Under the pieces are notes generated by a model. It was not told the origin of the DNA. It worked only from the letters and a program-made list of their open reading frames with translations, and ran no database searches. A program made the position numbers and the translations under genes. This document shows positions 1 to 10,127 of a stretch of DNA of 64,000 nucleotides, one piece after another (position 1 is the first letter of the stretch; every line of letters begins with the position of its first letter). The DNA comes from Candidatus Kaiserbacteria bacterium (lineage in GTDB: Bacteria > Patescibacteriota > Minisyncoccia > Phycocordibacterales > Phycocordibacteraceae): positions 468,562 to 532,561 of the forward strand of contig OY969413.1 of the NCBI GenBank assembly GCA_963699165.1, in the 5' to 3' direction.

Positions 1-380
1 GAGCGTAGTGATGTTTGGAAGCGAAGTAGTAGCAGAAAGGAGGGAGAGGACGCGCGCGTCTGCGCGCGCGTTGGTGAAGTACAAGTTAGTGCCTTCCGCA
101 ACATTGGTAGTCAGAAGTCCAAGCGAAGAGGTGGCAATGCCGGAGAGTACGTTTCCGTTTACTGCGTAGTATGCGACTTGATTTGCAGTGCCCGTAGTGA
201 CACTTGCGGTGCTCGTGGCAATGCCGCAAGTTGGGTCGGTAGGGAGACAGCCGGGGTCTAGGGTGGCGCCGGGGGCGAAAAGCGCCGCTTGCGCAGCAAG
301 CGGCGAGAGAATGAAGAGGCTAATGAGTGCGAGCGGAACTAAACGAGAGAGAGAGAGAGGAGTATCGCATGACGCTTCAT
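1..380 (-). CDS. N-terminus of a probable large secreted/surface protein, running off the window edge; start codon out of frame at a (CT)n tract
   Basis: Own translation of the minus strand: RLVPLALISLFILSPLAAQAA-LFAPGATLDPGCLPTDPTCGIATSTASVTTG...VAEGTNLYFTNARAD..., a signal peptide followed by Thr/Ser-rich sequence. ATGs at 370 and 380 are in the other two frames. Confidence 0.7.
345..359. repeat. (GA)7.5 / (TC)7.5 dinucleotide tract
   Basis: gagagagagagagag read directly; lies in the signal-peptide coding region. Confidence 0.9.
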
Positions 381-393
381 AAACATTCCCATA

Positions 394-628
394 ATACCTC
401 GCGCATCGAAGCGGTTGCCGCTTCGATGCGCGAGGTATGTGGATAACATTTTTAGACTCTTTGGGAACTTGGGAAGGTCTGACCTTCCCAAGTGAACAAA
501 TTCCAAGGGTTACCCTTGGTAAGTCCGTCAAACTTTCCAAAAACCTTATTTTCCACGACCGTGGAAAATAAGGTTTTAAATTTTTGGGAGTGAGCCCAAG
601 TCCCGCGGCGCGAAGCGCCGCGGGACTT
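394..628. repeat. Cluster of five perfect inverted repeats (REP-like)
   Basis: Arms of 21 bp (394-438), 13 bp (467-493), 8 bp (503-519), 18 bp (540-577) and 14 bp (598-628), with 1-3 nt loops. Confidence 0.9.
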
Positions 629-637
629 CCCTATTAG

Positions 638-1300
638 CTATTTTCGATGCTTTGCCCGCCACTCGTCCATCTTGGCGTGATGACCTGTCCGTAAAATCGC
701 AGGGACTTTGTATCGCTTGTCTTTGTATTCGATTGTCTCCGGCCGCGTGTAGACGGCGCTTGAGGCGATGCGGCGTTCCTCGACCGAAGCGTCTTTGCCG
801 AGCACGCCGGGAAGACGGCGCGTCACGGCATCGACGATGGCGAGCGCGGGCACTTCTCCGCCCGTGTACACTGCTTCGCCAACCGCAAATTCTTTGAGCG
901 TGCCGAGTGTCTTCAAAATCTTTTTCGCGCGTTCGTCGATGCCTTCATAGCGGCCGCAGACAAGCACCACGTCGTCAAACTTTGCGAGCGCATCGGCGTC
1001 TTTGTTTGTAAATTGTTTGCCGCTTGGAGAGAACCAGATGATGGCGCGGCGACGCTCCGCGCCGCCGCGTTTCTTCAACGCCTTCTCGACAGCCCGTACG
1101 ACAGGCAATGCCGTCACTACCATACCCGGACCGCCGCCGTACGGACGTTCGTCCACCTTGCCCCATTTATTGTCGACAAAATCGCGCGGCGTCTGGTAGC
1201 TTACGAAAATCTTTTTCTCCTTTCGGGCGCGCCCGATGATGGACGCCGAAAGATACGCGTCGCAGGCTTCCTCAAAAAGAGTTATGAGATGGAATTTCAT
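638..1300 (-). CDS. trmD: tRNA (guanine-N1)-methyltransferase
   Basis: MKFHLITLF start, VDERPYGGGPGMV, CGRYEGIDER, YTRP motifs; rpsP-khpA-trmD synteny. Confidence 0.96.
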   Translation of the reverse strand: MKFHLITLFEEACDAYLSASIIGRARKEKKIFVSYQTPRDFVDNKWGKVDERPYGGGPGMVVTALPVVRAVEKALKKRGGAERRRAIIWFSPSGKQFTNKDADALAKFDDVVLVCGRYEGIDERAKKILKTLGTLKEFAVGEAVYTGGEVPALAIVDAVTRRLPGVLGKDASVEERRIASSAVYTRPETIEYKDKRYKVPAILRTGHHAKMDEWRAKHRK

Positions 1301-1453
1301 ACAAGATGGCCGGCAGAAGTGAGGTAAATGTTGCGAGAAATGAGTTGCGCAGGCGATGCGGCATTGCACCCGACGGGGTGCTGACGATTCGAGCAGGGCG
1401 AATTTTTCAGCAGAAAAATATCGCGCTCATTTCGAGCAACATTCCCGAGCGAT

Positions 1454-1753
1454 TTAGAGTTCATCGACCACCTGATCAACCGTCTTTATCTCCTGCTCGC
1501 GCTTTCCACCGACCGGCTCGTTTATCTTCAAGTTCACGCGCGCGTTCCCTTTCATCCCTACGACGCGCAAAAGAATACGGAGCGCTTCCGCGGTCTTTCC
1601 GTTTTTGCCTATGATTTTGCCCATATCGTCCGGATGAACGACAAGCGTCAAAAGGACGCCCATTTGGTCAATGGTGCGCGTTGTCTCAACCGACTCGGGA
1701 TGGTCGACAAGCGCATTAACGGCGTATTCGAGAAATGCTTGGTCAGTTTCCAT
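1454..1753 (-). CDS. khpA: KH-domain RNA-binding protein (KhpA/YlqC)
   Basis: LVDHPE, DMGKIIGKNGKTAEALR (GxxG); directly downstream of rpsP. Confidence 0.9.
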   Translation of the reverse strand: METDQAFLEYAVNALVDHPESVETTRTIDQMGVLLTLVVHPDDMGKIIGKNGKTAEALRILLRVVGMKGNARVNLKINEPVGGKREQEIKTVDQVVDEL

Positions 1754-1790
1754 GGTGGGATATGTTAGCACCGCCCCCGTGGGCGATGGG

Positions 1791-2243
1791 TTAAGCTGCG
1801 GGCGTCTCTGCTGTCGGAACCTCTTCTGCCGCCTCTGCTACGGGCGTTTCTGCGGGAATCGCCTCGGCCTCAACTTCTGCCTCGGTCGGAGCCGCCACTT
1901 CTTCTGCGGCTGCCGGAGTTGCTGCTACAGGCGCTGCTGCCAGTGCCTCAACTACTTCCGGTTTCTTCTCAAGCAAGGACTTCGGAAGCACATTCACTTT
2001 CTTTCCCGAAATAACGCCTTTCGTAATGAGAAGGTTTTTAATGGAATCCGTCGGCTGGGCTCCCTTTGCGAGCCAGCTCTTTACGCTTTCCTCGTTCAAC
2101 GTGAGCGCCTTGCTGCGTGGGTTATACGTGCCGAGGAGCTCAACAATATTTCCCGCCTGCGCGGCGCGCTCTTTTTCGAGAACGGCAATGCGAAAAGCCG
2201 AATCATTGGTTCGGCCGATGCGCTGAAATCGAATCATCAACAT
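1791..2243 (-). CDS. rpsP: 30S ribosomal protein S16 with acidic Ala/Glu/Pro-rich tail
   Basis: MLMIRFQRIGR, ELLGTYNP, WLAKGAQPT. Confidence 0.96.
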   Translation of the reverse strand: MLMIRFQRIGRTNDSAFRIAVLEKERAAQAGNIVELLGTYNPRSKALTLNEESVKSWLAKGAQPTDSIKNLLITKGVISGKKVNVLPKSLLEKKPEVVEALAAAPVAATPAAAEEVAAPTEAEVEAEAIPAETPVAEAAEEVPTAETPAA

Positions 2244-2396
2244 GTTGGCGACTATAGCAGAACCTCGCTAATATTGCTAGTACCGTTACAAATTAACGGT
2301 TTTGTCTACTTTCCATATTCCGATATTTGAGAAAAATTACCGCGAAATGTTTAGAGCGCTATTGCTTTAATTTGTAACGGCACTAGAGTACAAGAA

Positions 2397-4343
2397 ATGT
2401 CGATCGAGACGTTCTACGAAGGACCCATCACGATGACCCGAAAAGGTTTCGGCTTTTTCCCTATCTCTGAAGACAAGGAAGACCTGATTATTCCACCCGA
2501 ATGGACCAATCATGCCCTCTCCGGCGACACGGTAAAAGTCGCGGCGGCAGGCTTGTATCGTGACCCGACGGGCCGCATGCCGCCCCGCGAGTCCGGCAAA
2601 GTCGTCGAAATCCTCTCCCGCGCCCGCGACACCTTCGTCGGCACGCTTATTGAGGAAGATGGACTCACAATGCTCGCGCCCGACTACAAAAAGATGTACG
2701 TTCCGATTGTCATCTTGCATCGGGGCGATGCGCCGCTTGGCTACAAAGTTCTCGTGCGCCTCGGTGAGTGGGCTGTCGACAAAGATTACCCGCTCGGCAC
2801 CATCGAAGAAGTCATCGGCAAAGCCGGCGTTCACGAAACCGAGATGCGCGCTCTCGCGCTCGGTCAGGGATTCTCAAGCGACTTCCCGCCCGGCGTCGTT
2901 GCCGATGCAAAATATCTCGAAGAGCACGGACGCAAATTGCTTGAAGACGAAACAAAGAATCCGAAGCGCCGCGATTTTCGAGACGCAAAAACTTGCACCA
3001 TAGACCCCGCCGATGCAAAGGACTTCGATGATGCACTTTCCGTGCGAAAACTCGATAACGGCCTCACCGAGGTCGGCGTCCATATTGCCGATGTTTCTTT
3101 TTTCGTGCGCCCCGGAAGCAACCTAGACAAAGAAGCCGTTGAACGTGCAACGAGCGTCTACCTCGTCGACCGCACGATTCCAATGCTTCCGGAAGTCCTT
3201 TCCACCGACCTTTGCTCGCTGAATCCAAATCAAGACCGACTCGCAGTTTCGGCCGTCTTTACGCTCGACGCGGATGCAAATATCACTTCCGAATGGTTCG
3301 GCGAAACTGTCATCCATTCCGACAAGCGCTTCACCTACGAAGACGCGCAGGCGGTGCTCGACGCGGGCGAAGGGACTTTGCACGAAGAACTTTCCACGCT
3401 TCTCGAACTCTCGAAAAAAATTCGCACGCGCCGTCAGGCAAAAGGCGCCGTCGAGTTTGATACCGCAGAAGTTAAAGTCGAGTTGAACGCCGAAGGCGCG
3501 CCAATCGCCATTCACCTCAAAGAACGCAAAGCGACCAATCTTCTCATCGAGGACTTCATGTTGCTCGCAAACGAAGCGGTGGCAAAACATCTTTCCGAAC
3601 TCACAAAGAAAGCGGGACCGCTTTCGCAATCGCTCTACCGCACGCACGGCGCGCCGGATGCCGACCGCATCGAAAATCTTGCAAATCTTTTGCGCGTCAT
3701 GGGCTACCACCTGAAAACGACCGGCGCGGGCAACGTCACGGGCGCAGAGCTTAATCGCCTGCTCGAATCGGTAAAAGGAAAACCGGAAGAATATCTCGTA
3801 AAGACCGCGACACTCCGCTCGATGAGCAAAGCCGCCTACACGACAAACAACATCGGCCACTTCGGGCTTGCCTTCGATTTTTATACGCATTTTACTTCCC
3901 CGATTCGCCGCTATCCGGACCTCGTCATTCACCGTCTCGTGAAATCGCATGCGGGCGGCGATCCGATTACAGAAAAAGAAATGCAGGCCTTCGACAAGCT
4001 TGCGCTCCACGCCTCTGAACGCGAAGTCGCCGCCGCAGACGCCGAGCGCGATTCGGTGAAGATGAAACAGGTGGAGTTTCTCGCGGGAAGAGTTGGAGAG
4101 GAATTCGATGCCGTCATTTCCGGCGTTACCGAGCGCGGACTCTATGTGGAAGAACAATCAACGCATTCCGACGGCATGATTCGCGTCAAAGATATCGGCG
4201 ACGATTATTTTGAATACGATGAAAAGCATTATCGCCTCGTCGGCCGCCGCACCAAAAAGGAATACCAGCTCGGCAACCCCATCCGCGTCAAACTCATCGC
4301 CGCCCGCATTGCGGAAAAGGAATTGGATTTTGTGCCTGTTTAA
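2397..4343 (+). CDS. rnr: Ribonuclease R (RNB family)
   Basis: TIDPADAKDFDDALS, HIADVS, YTHFTSPIRRYPDL, C-terminal S1 domain. Confidence 0.95.
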   Translation: MSIETFYEGPITMTRKGFGFFPISEDKEDLIIPPEWTNHALSGDTVKVAAAGLYRDPTGRMPPRESGKVVEILSRARDTFVGTLIEEDGLTMLAPDYKKMYVPIVILHRGDAPLGYKVLVRLGEWAVDKDYPLGTIEEVIGKAGVHETEMRALALGQGFSSDFPPGVVADAKYLEEHGRKLLEDETKNPKRRDFRDAKTCTIDPADAKDFDDALSVRKLDNGLTEVGVHIADVSFFVRPGSNLDKEAVERATSVYLVDRTIPMLPEVLSTDLCSLNPNQDRLAVSAVFTLDADANITSEWFGETVIHSDKRFTYEDAQAVLDAGEGTLHEELSTLLELSKKIRTRRQAKGAVEFDTAEVKVELNAEGAPIAIHLKERKATNLLIEDFMLLANEAVAKHLSELTKKAGPLSQSLYRTHGAPDADRIENLANLLRVMGYHLKTTGAGNVTGAELNRLLESVKGKPEEYLVKTATLRSMSKAAYTTNNIGHFGLAFDFYTHFTSPIRRYPDLVIHRLVKSHAGGDPITEKEMQAFDKLALHASEREVAAADAERDSVKMKQVEFLAGRVGEEFDAVISGVTERGLYVEEQSTHSDGMIRVKDIGDDYFEYDEKHYRLVGRRTKKEYQLGNPIRVKLIAARIAEKELDFVPV

Positions 4344-4344
4344 A

Positions 4345-4380
4345 CAAAACAACGAGCAGTGCAGCCTGCTCGTTGTTTTG
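4345..4380. terminator. Hairpin after rnr, likely terminator
   Basis: caaaacaacgagcag-N6-ctgctcgttgttttg, 15-bp stem. Confidence 0.65.
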
Positions 4381-4735
4381 CCGAATGTTCTACTCGGAAG
4401 TCTTACACTGCGCATTTTTTACGTCCCAGAAACTTTGAATTCTGGCGGACGACGCCAGAGACACGCAGAATCCTAGCTACAGAGGTCGTTTCGGACTCAT
4501 TGTTGTTTACCTCACTCGGTAGGTTAAACCCTCGGTACAACGATGGCGGTAGATGGCTTTTTAACGTCCTTGCATTCTCTTGCTAGACGACAGCAAGACC
4601 ATCTGACTACTCCAAGCGCCGAGGGCAATCAAAACTGCTTTCATGATAAAGAAAGTTAGTTATAAAATACCCTCTTATTGAGGGGCACGCTCACAATACC
4701 CCTCAGATGTAAGGATTCCTGTGGATGTTGCTCGA

Positions 4736-5458
4736 TTAACCCTTGCGTGGATTCCCTAATGCCGCAACAATCTCATTCTGTCTTTTATATTTCTCCTTTG
4801 CGCGATTCACCGCAATTCTCAAACTTTTTTCAATATTTGAGTTGAATGCCTCAACTTCCGCATTGATTTTATCGGTCTCTTTTTGAAGATTGACCAAAAA
4901 ATCGTCGCGTTCCTTTACGATGGACTCAGTATCATTTCCGAAATCGATAATATCAAAAGCTATCTCCCAAATAATTTTTGATTCGGCTTCTTTATAACTA
5001 ACCTTCCCATCGCCAATTGCCTCCGCAAGTTCAGATGAATTATTGCTGAGATGGACAATATGATTCCAGCCACTACTTGTTGGTACTCGCCATCTAATTT
5101 TCACAAGATCAATGTCCCCACTAAATGGGAGATGAAAAGAAACGACATTTCTCATGTGGGACTGGAGACGGTCAATCCGACATTCTGCGGGAAATTTTTT
5201 ACCATCAATCATTGCTTGTTTTTGGGATACGGTTATACCATCAACGTGCCAAACCAGAGGATTGATTGTGTAATCCTTCACATAGCCCTCAAAAAATTTC
5301 TCCTCGTTCTGTTCATAAGCATGGCGGGAATCCTCGCCAAAATCGAGTGACTCCAGTTCGGCAAGTCGATTCTCGAGAAATGGAATTAATTCCTTCTCTT
5401 CTCCGAAATTTCTTTCGCCCTCAGAATCGGATGAATAACCGTAATCGATGAGTAACAT
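4736..5458 (-). CDS. Hypothetical protein (AT-rich, coiled-coil C-terminus)
   Basis: 240-aa ORF with lower GC than its flanks; no family recognised. Confidence 0.7.
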   Translation of the reverse strand: MLLIDYGYSSDSEGERNFGEEKELIPFLENRLAELESLDFGEDSRHAYEQNEEKFFEGYVKDYTINPLVWHVDGITVSQKQAMIDGKKFPAECRIDRLQSHMRNVVSFHLPFSGDIDLVKIRWRVPTSSGWNHIVHLSNNSSELAEAIGDGKVSYKEAESKIIWEIAFDIIDFGNDTESIVKERDDFLVNLQKETDKINAEVEAFNSNIEKSLRIAVNRAKEKYKRQNEIVAALGNPRKG

Positions 5459-5483
5459 AGACCGAATATTACAAAATCTCTCT

Positions 5484-7703
5484 TTATTTCGCCACGGCGA
5501 CCGCCTCGTCGAATTTCACCGAAAGGAGTTTTGAAACACCGTCGCTTCCCATCGTCACGCCGTAGAGAATGCTCGTGCGGCTCATCGTCTCGCGGTTGTG
5601 CGTGATGACGATAAGCTGGGACTTCTTCGCGAGATTTTCAATCATGTCGCCGTAGCGGCGGCTATTGGCTTCGTCGAGCGCCGCATCGGTCTCGTCAAGA
5701 ATGAGGAACGGCGGGGGATTCACTTGGCTCATTGCAAAGATAAGCGCAATGGATGTGAGCGCGCGTTCGCCGCCCGAAAGCTGCATGAGGGAGCGCACTT
5801 TTTTCTTCGGGAGATTGACCGCGATTTCGATGCCCGGCCGTTCGCTTTCTTTCGGCGCTGATTCTTCGCCTTCGCTCTCGCCTTCTTCGTCGTCGGATTG
5901 TTCCGGTTCTTCAAGGGCAAGGCGCGCGCCGCCGCCGCCGAACATGAGCGCGAAGTATTCGCCAAATGAAGCGTTCACTTTTGCGAGCCCTTCGGAGAAA
6001 TGCTTGGCGAGTTCGGTATCCAAATCTTTTATGAGCGCATCAAGGCTGGCGGCGGATTTCGCCAAGTCCTCGAGCTCGGTCGCAAGAAATGCTTCGCGCT
6101 CGGAGACCTCTTTGTGCTCTTGTCTGATTTCCTCACCCATGCCGCCCGCTTCTTCGAGGCGGATTTTATTTCGCTCGAGCACGCGCTTCCGGTCCTCCTG
6201 TTCTTTGCGGTCCTCGGCGGGCAATTCGGAGAGCGGTTCGTATGAAAGCGCCGCCGCTCCCGCAAGCGCAAGCACTTCGCCTTTTTCGCGTTCAAGCGTT
6301 TCGGCAAGAAGCGTCAGCTCGTATTCCCGAGCTTCGGCTTTTGCGACAAGCCCTTCTTCGTGCGCTTTGTTTTGCGCGAGGTCGAGAATGCGGCGGCGGA
6401 TTTCGCGGCCCGTTTCTTCAAGCGCGACCATCGCCTCACGCGCGCGGGCGCGGGCCGCTTCGGCTTTCTCGAGGTCTGCTGAAACGGCAGTGAATTTTTC
6501 GGTCAGTTCGGCGCGCTCATTTTCAAGTTTGAGCGCAGCGGCTTCTTCATCGGAGAAATAATCATCGCGCGGCGCACTGTGGCGCGAGAAAAAGAGCTGC
6601 ACTGCGTTGCCGATGGCATCAAGCGCGGAACGCATTGATTCGACCGTCGTTCCGGCATCTTTGACTTGACGCTCGACTTCCGTGCGGAGCGCCTCAAGCT
6701 CTTCGCGCGGGACCTTTGCAATTGATTCGTGCGCAATCGCGGTTGCGCGGCGCTTCACTTCAGCGAGTGCTCCTTCGATGCGGCCCATATCGCGCGAAAG
6801 CGTCGCGCGGGAGCTCGAAAGTTCGCTGACTTCCCGCTCGGCTTTTCGAAGCGCTTCGGTGCGCTCGATAGTTTCCTGATCGGCGAGTCGCGGGTCAGCG
6901 ACGACATCGAGTTCGCCGCTCGCCACGGCGAGCCGCTCGGCCGCATTTCGCTTCTCCTCCGCCGCTTTCACTTTCTCCGCCGCAACATACGCGTCTTCAA
7001 TCGAAAAATATTTCTGCGCAAGGGCAATCAGGTCGCTTCGAAGCGCATCGGCGCGCTCAAGCTTCTTTACTTGGCTCTCAAGAAAACGCAGGTGCGGCGC
7101 AAGCTCTCGGCGGAGCGAATTGATTTGTGCGATATTATCCTCGGTCTTTACGAGTTTCCTTTGCGCCTCCTGTTTTTTAAATTCGTACAATTTGAGACCG
7201 AGCGCATCTTCAAGCATCGCGCGGCGGTCGCGCGGCGACGAAAGCAAAATGCGGTCCGCTTCGCCCTGCGAAATGATGTGATGGCCCGTCTCGCCGATAT
7301 TTGCGCTTGCAAGCAGTTCTTCGATGTCGCGCAGGCGCACACGCGAGCCGTTGATTGAGTATTCGCTCGCGCCGTCTCGAAAGACGACACGCTCGATAGC
7401 GACTTCGTCAAAATCGATGTTAAACGTGCGCTTTCCGCCGATGGTCGGATTGTCGAACACAATCACAACCGATGCGCGGTTTGCGCGCGGCGCCGAATGC
7501 GAACCATTGAAAATCAAATCCTCCGCGCGCTTGCCGCGCATGCTTTTCATCGACTGTTCGCCGAGCGCAAAACGAAACGCCTCGGCAACGTTGCTTTTGC
7601 CGGAACCGTTCGGACCGACAATCGCCGTGGTCGCGTTCGAAAAATCCAAGACGGTTTTCTTGGCGAACGATTTAAAACCGACTATTTCCAGCCGCTTCAA
7701 CAT
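5484..7703 (-). CDS. smc: Short SMC-family chromosome segregation ATPase
   Basis: GFKSFA, Walker A GPNGSGKSN, IISQGE, LSGGE, LILDETDAALD, IVITH. Confidence 0.88.
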   Translation of the reverse strand: MLKRLEIVGFKSFAKKTVLDFSNATTAIVGPNGSGKSNVAEAFRFALGEQSMKSMRGKRAEDLIFNGSHSAPRANRASVVIVFDNPTIGGKRTFNIDFDEVAIERVVFRDGASEYSINGSRVRLRDIEELLASANIGETGHHIISQGEADRILLSSPRDRRAMLEDALGLKLYEFKKQEAQRKLVKTEDNIAQINSLRRELAPHLRFLESQVKKLERADALRSDLIALAQKYFSIEDAYVAAEKVKAAEEKRNAAERLAVASGELDVVADPRLADQETIERTEALRKAEREVSELSSSRATLSRDMGRIEGALAEVKRRATAIAHESIAKVPREELEALRTEVERQVKDAGTTVESMRSALDAIGNAVQLFFSRHSAPRDDYFSDEEAAALKLENERAELTEKFTAVSADLEKAEAARARAREAMVALEETGREIRRRILDLAQNKAHEEGLVAKAEAREYELTLLAETLEREKGEVLALAGAAALSYEPLSELPAEDRKEQEDRKRVLERNKIRLEEAGGMGEEIRQEHKEVSEREAFLATELEDLAKSAASLDALIKDLDTELAKHFSEGLAKVNASFGEYFALMFGGGGARLALEEPEQSDDEEGESEGEESAPKESERPGIEIAVNLPKKKVRSLMQLSGGERALTSIALIFAMSQVNPPPFLILDETDAALDEANSRRYGDMIENLAKKSQLIVITHNRETMSRTSILYGVTMGSDGVSKLLSVKFDEAVAVAK

Positions 7704-7746
7704 TATCTGAAAGTATAACGCATAAAAAACGGGTATTCATGGGAAA

Positions 7747-8826
7747 TGCATAAGTTCAGATACATTTGGCAGTCCTCATAACCGAGGATATATGCGCATC
7801 AGAAGCAATTTCAGGGGTACGAAGGGCTGGTTGAGCATGTGGGAAAGGACGATACGATTGCGGCATATGCGGAAACCAAAGGAAGTCGACAGACGGGTGA
7901 AGATATTGGGATTCTGGGACATGCACGGGACGGAGGCCGCATACGACGCCTTTGGCACCTCGGAGCGCACCTTGTATCGCTGGAAGGAGGAACTCAAAGC
8001 CCACGAGGGCCGCATTGATGCACTTGACCCGAAGAGCACTGCGCCGAAGGCGCGTCGAAGGAGGACTGTTCTGCCCGAGGTCGAGGATTTCATCATCCGC
8101 GAACGACAGGCGCATCCCCGGCTTGGGAAAGCAAAGCTTGCCGTTCTCCTGCGCGAAGAAGGGTACTCCGTGTCGGAGTCATACGTTGGGCGGGTCATTC
8201 TGGATTTGAAGAACCGCGGTCTGCTCCCGCAGCAGAGCCGGCTCTCGTTCCACGCACGTACGGGCAATCACACGGAAACACCGCAGAAACGCCGTACCAA
8301 GCTTCGCCGCACCGGCAAGCGCGGCATGGAGCTCGATACCGTCGTCCGCTTCATCGACGGCGTGAAGCGGTACGTCCTCACGGCAGTGGACGTGGAGCGG
8401 AAGTTCGCCTTTGCGGGCGCGTATACGAACCACTCGTCGAGAAGCGCGGACGACTTCCTTCGCCGAGTCATCGAGGTTTGCCCCTTCGATATCGACGAGT
8501 TGCAGACCGACAACGGGAGCGAGTTCGCCAAACACTTCGAGGATGCCTGTGCCGAACTCGGGCTCACGCACTTTCACACCCGCCCCCGCACTCCCAAGAT
8601 GAATGCCCACGTCGAACGATTCAATCGCACCGTCTCCGAGGACTTCATCATGCTGAATCGGGGCCTGCTGCGGGACGATATTCATTCCTTCAATCTGAAG
8701 CTTGTCGACTGGCTGATCTGGTACAACACCAAACGCCCGCACCAGTCGCTCGGCATGGTGTCCCCCTTGCGGTATATTGTGTGTACATTAACCGTCGGGG
8801 ACTGCCAAAAGTACTGGACGCGTACA
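7747..8826 (+). mobile_element. IS481-like insertion sequence with 5-bp target duplication
   Basis: Left IR TGCATAAGTTCAGATACATTTGGCAGTCC; right IR (reverse complement) TGTACGCGTCCAGTACTTTTGGCAGTCC; GGAAA at 7742-7746 and 8827-8831. Confidence 0.85.
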
Positions 8827-8835
8827 GGAAAGTGA
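7792..8835 (+). CDS. DDE transposase (rve integrase core, IS481-like)
   Basis: ELDT, LQTDNGSEF, PKMNAHVERFNRT, WYNTKRPHQSL; N-terminal HTH. Confidence 0.92.
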   Translation: MRIRSNFRGTKGWLSMWERTIRLRHMRKPKEVDRRVKILGFWDMHGTEAAYDAFGTSERTLYRWKEELKAHEGRIDALDPKSTAPKARRRRTVLPEVEDFIIRERQAHPRLGKAKLAVLLREEGYSVSESYVGRVILDLKNRGLLPQQSRLSFHARTGNHTETPQKRRTKLRRTGKRGMELDTVVRFIDGVKRYVLTAVDVERKFAFAGAYTNHSSRSADDFLRRVIEVCPFDIDELQTDNGSEFAKHFEDACAELGLTHFHTRPRTPKMNAHVERFNRTVSEDFIMLNRGLLRDDIHSFNLKLVDWLIWYNTKRPHQSLGMVSPLRYIVCTLTVGDCQKYWTRTGK

Positions 8836-8876
8836 CGGTACCAAGGTGTTGGTTTATACTTACCGGACTCACTCGC

Positions 8877-9889
8877 ATGTCGTTCATCTCCTACTCCTTC
8901 CTCGTCTTTTTCCCAGTCGTAACCATTTTATATTTTTGGACGCCCCAGCGCCTGCGCTGGGCTTTGCTTCTTTTTGCGAGCTGTATTTTTTACGTGGCCT
9001 TCATACCCGCCTATATTTTCGTGCTTTTCGGCCTCATTGCGGTCGATTACACCGCAGGCCGCCTGCTTGGAAAAGCAACAGGTGCGTATCGGAAATGCAT
9101 CCTTCTCGCGAGCGTCATATCGACCTGCGCGGTGCTACTCGTATTCAAATATTTCAATTTCGCAAACGAAAACATTGCCGCGCTATCCTCGTTCCTTCAT
9201 TGGAACTATTCGATTGCCGCATTGTCGCTTGCATTGCCGCTCGGACTTTCCTTTCACACGTTCCAGAGCTTGAGTTACGTCATCGAGGTGTATCGGGGCA
9301 AATTCAAGCCCGAACGACACTTCGGCATCTACGCGCTCTATGTCATGTTTTATCCGCAACTCGTCGCGGGACCGATTGAACGTCCGCAACATCTTCTGCC
9401 GCAATTTTATGAAAACCATGTTTTTGACTACGAGCGCGTAAAAACCGGACTCATCCGCATGGCATGGGGATTTTTCAAAAAGATGGCGATAGCCGACAAT
9501 CTCGCGATCATTGTGAATCCGATTTTTGCTAATCCGTCGCAGTACGGCAGCATCTCGCTTATCATCGCGAGCATCTGCTTCACTCTCCAAATATATTTTG
9601 ATTTTTCAGGATATTGCGACATCGCGCTCGGTGCGGCACAGGTGATGGGATTTACGCTGATGGAAAACTTCAATCGGCCGTTCGCGGCAAAATCAATCGC
9701 GGAGTTTTGGCGCCGTTGGCACATTTCGCTCTCATCGTGGTTCCGCGACTATTTTTACTACCCGCTCGTGCTTTCGCAAAAGAAAGTCACTCCTGCGAAA
9801 ATTTACGCGACTACCCTTTTTACGTTTTTAGTAACGGGTTTTTGGCATGGCGCGAACTGGACCTTCGGCATTTTCGGACTTCTGCACGG
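8877..9889 (+). pseudogene. MBOAT family O-acyltransferase (AlgI/DltB-like), 3'-truncated by IS3
   Basis: LPLGLSFHTFQ, FYPQLVAGPIER, YFDFSGYCDIA, FWRRWHISLSSW, GFWHGA; breaks after GLLHG where the IS end begins. Confidence 0.88.
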
Positions 9890-10064
9890 TGCAAGGTACC
9901 CCAAACGTCGGACACTCATTCTAAATACCAGCAGCTAATTTAGAATGTACCTATGGCAAAGAAAGCATACCGTATTGCTCCTGAGATTAAGGAGCAGATT
10001 ATCAACCGTATCAAAAACGATGGCATCAGTGTCGCTGAGGCAGCGAAAGAACACGGAGTCAGTA
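9890..10064 (+). mobile_element. Truncated left 175 bp of the IS3-family element
   Basis: Identical to 10065-10239. Confidence 0.9.
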
Positions 10065-10127
10065 TGCAAGGTACCCCAAACGTCGGACACTCATTCTAAA
10101 TACCAGCAGCTAATTTAGAATGTACCT

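Noticed and set aside
4381-4735. Possible ncRNA or displaced smc/rnr 3'-end remnant
   Set aside because: No match to either gene end and no recognisable RNA family or convincing structure by eye.
8478-8876. N-terminal extension of the MBOAT ORF
   Set aside because: It lies mostly inside the IS481 in another frame; the MBOAT-like sequence begins at ATG 8877.
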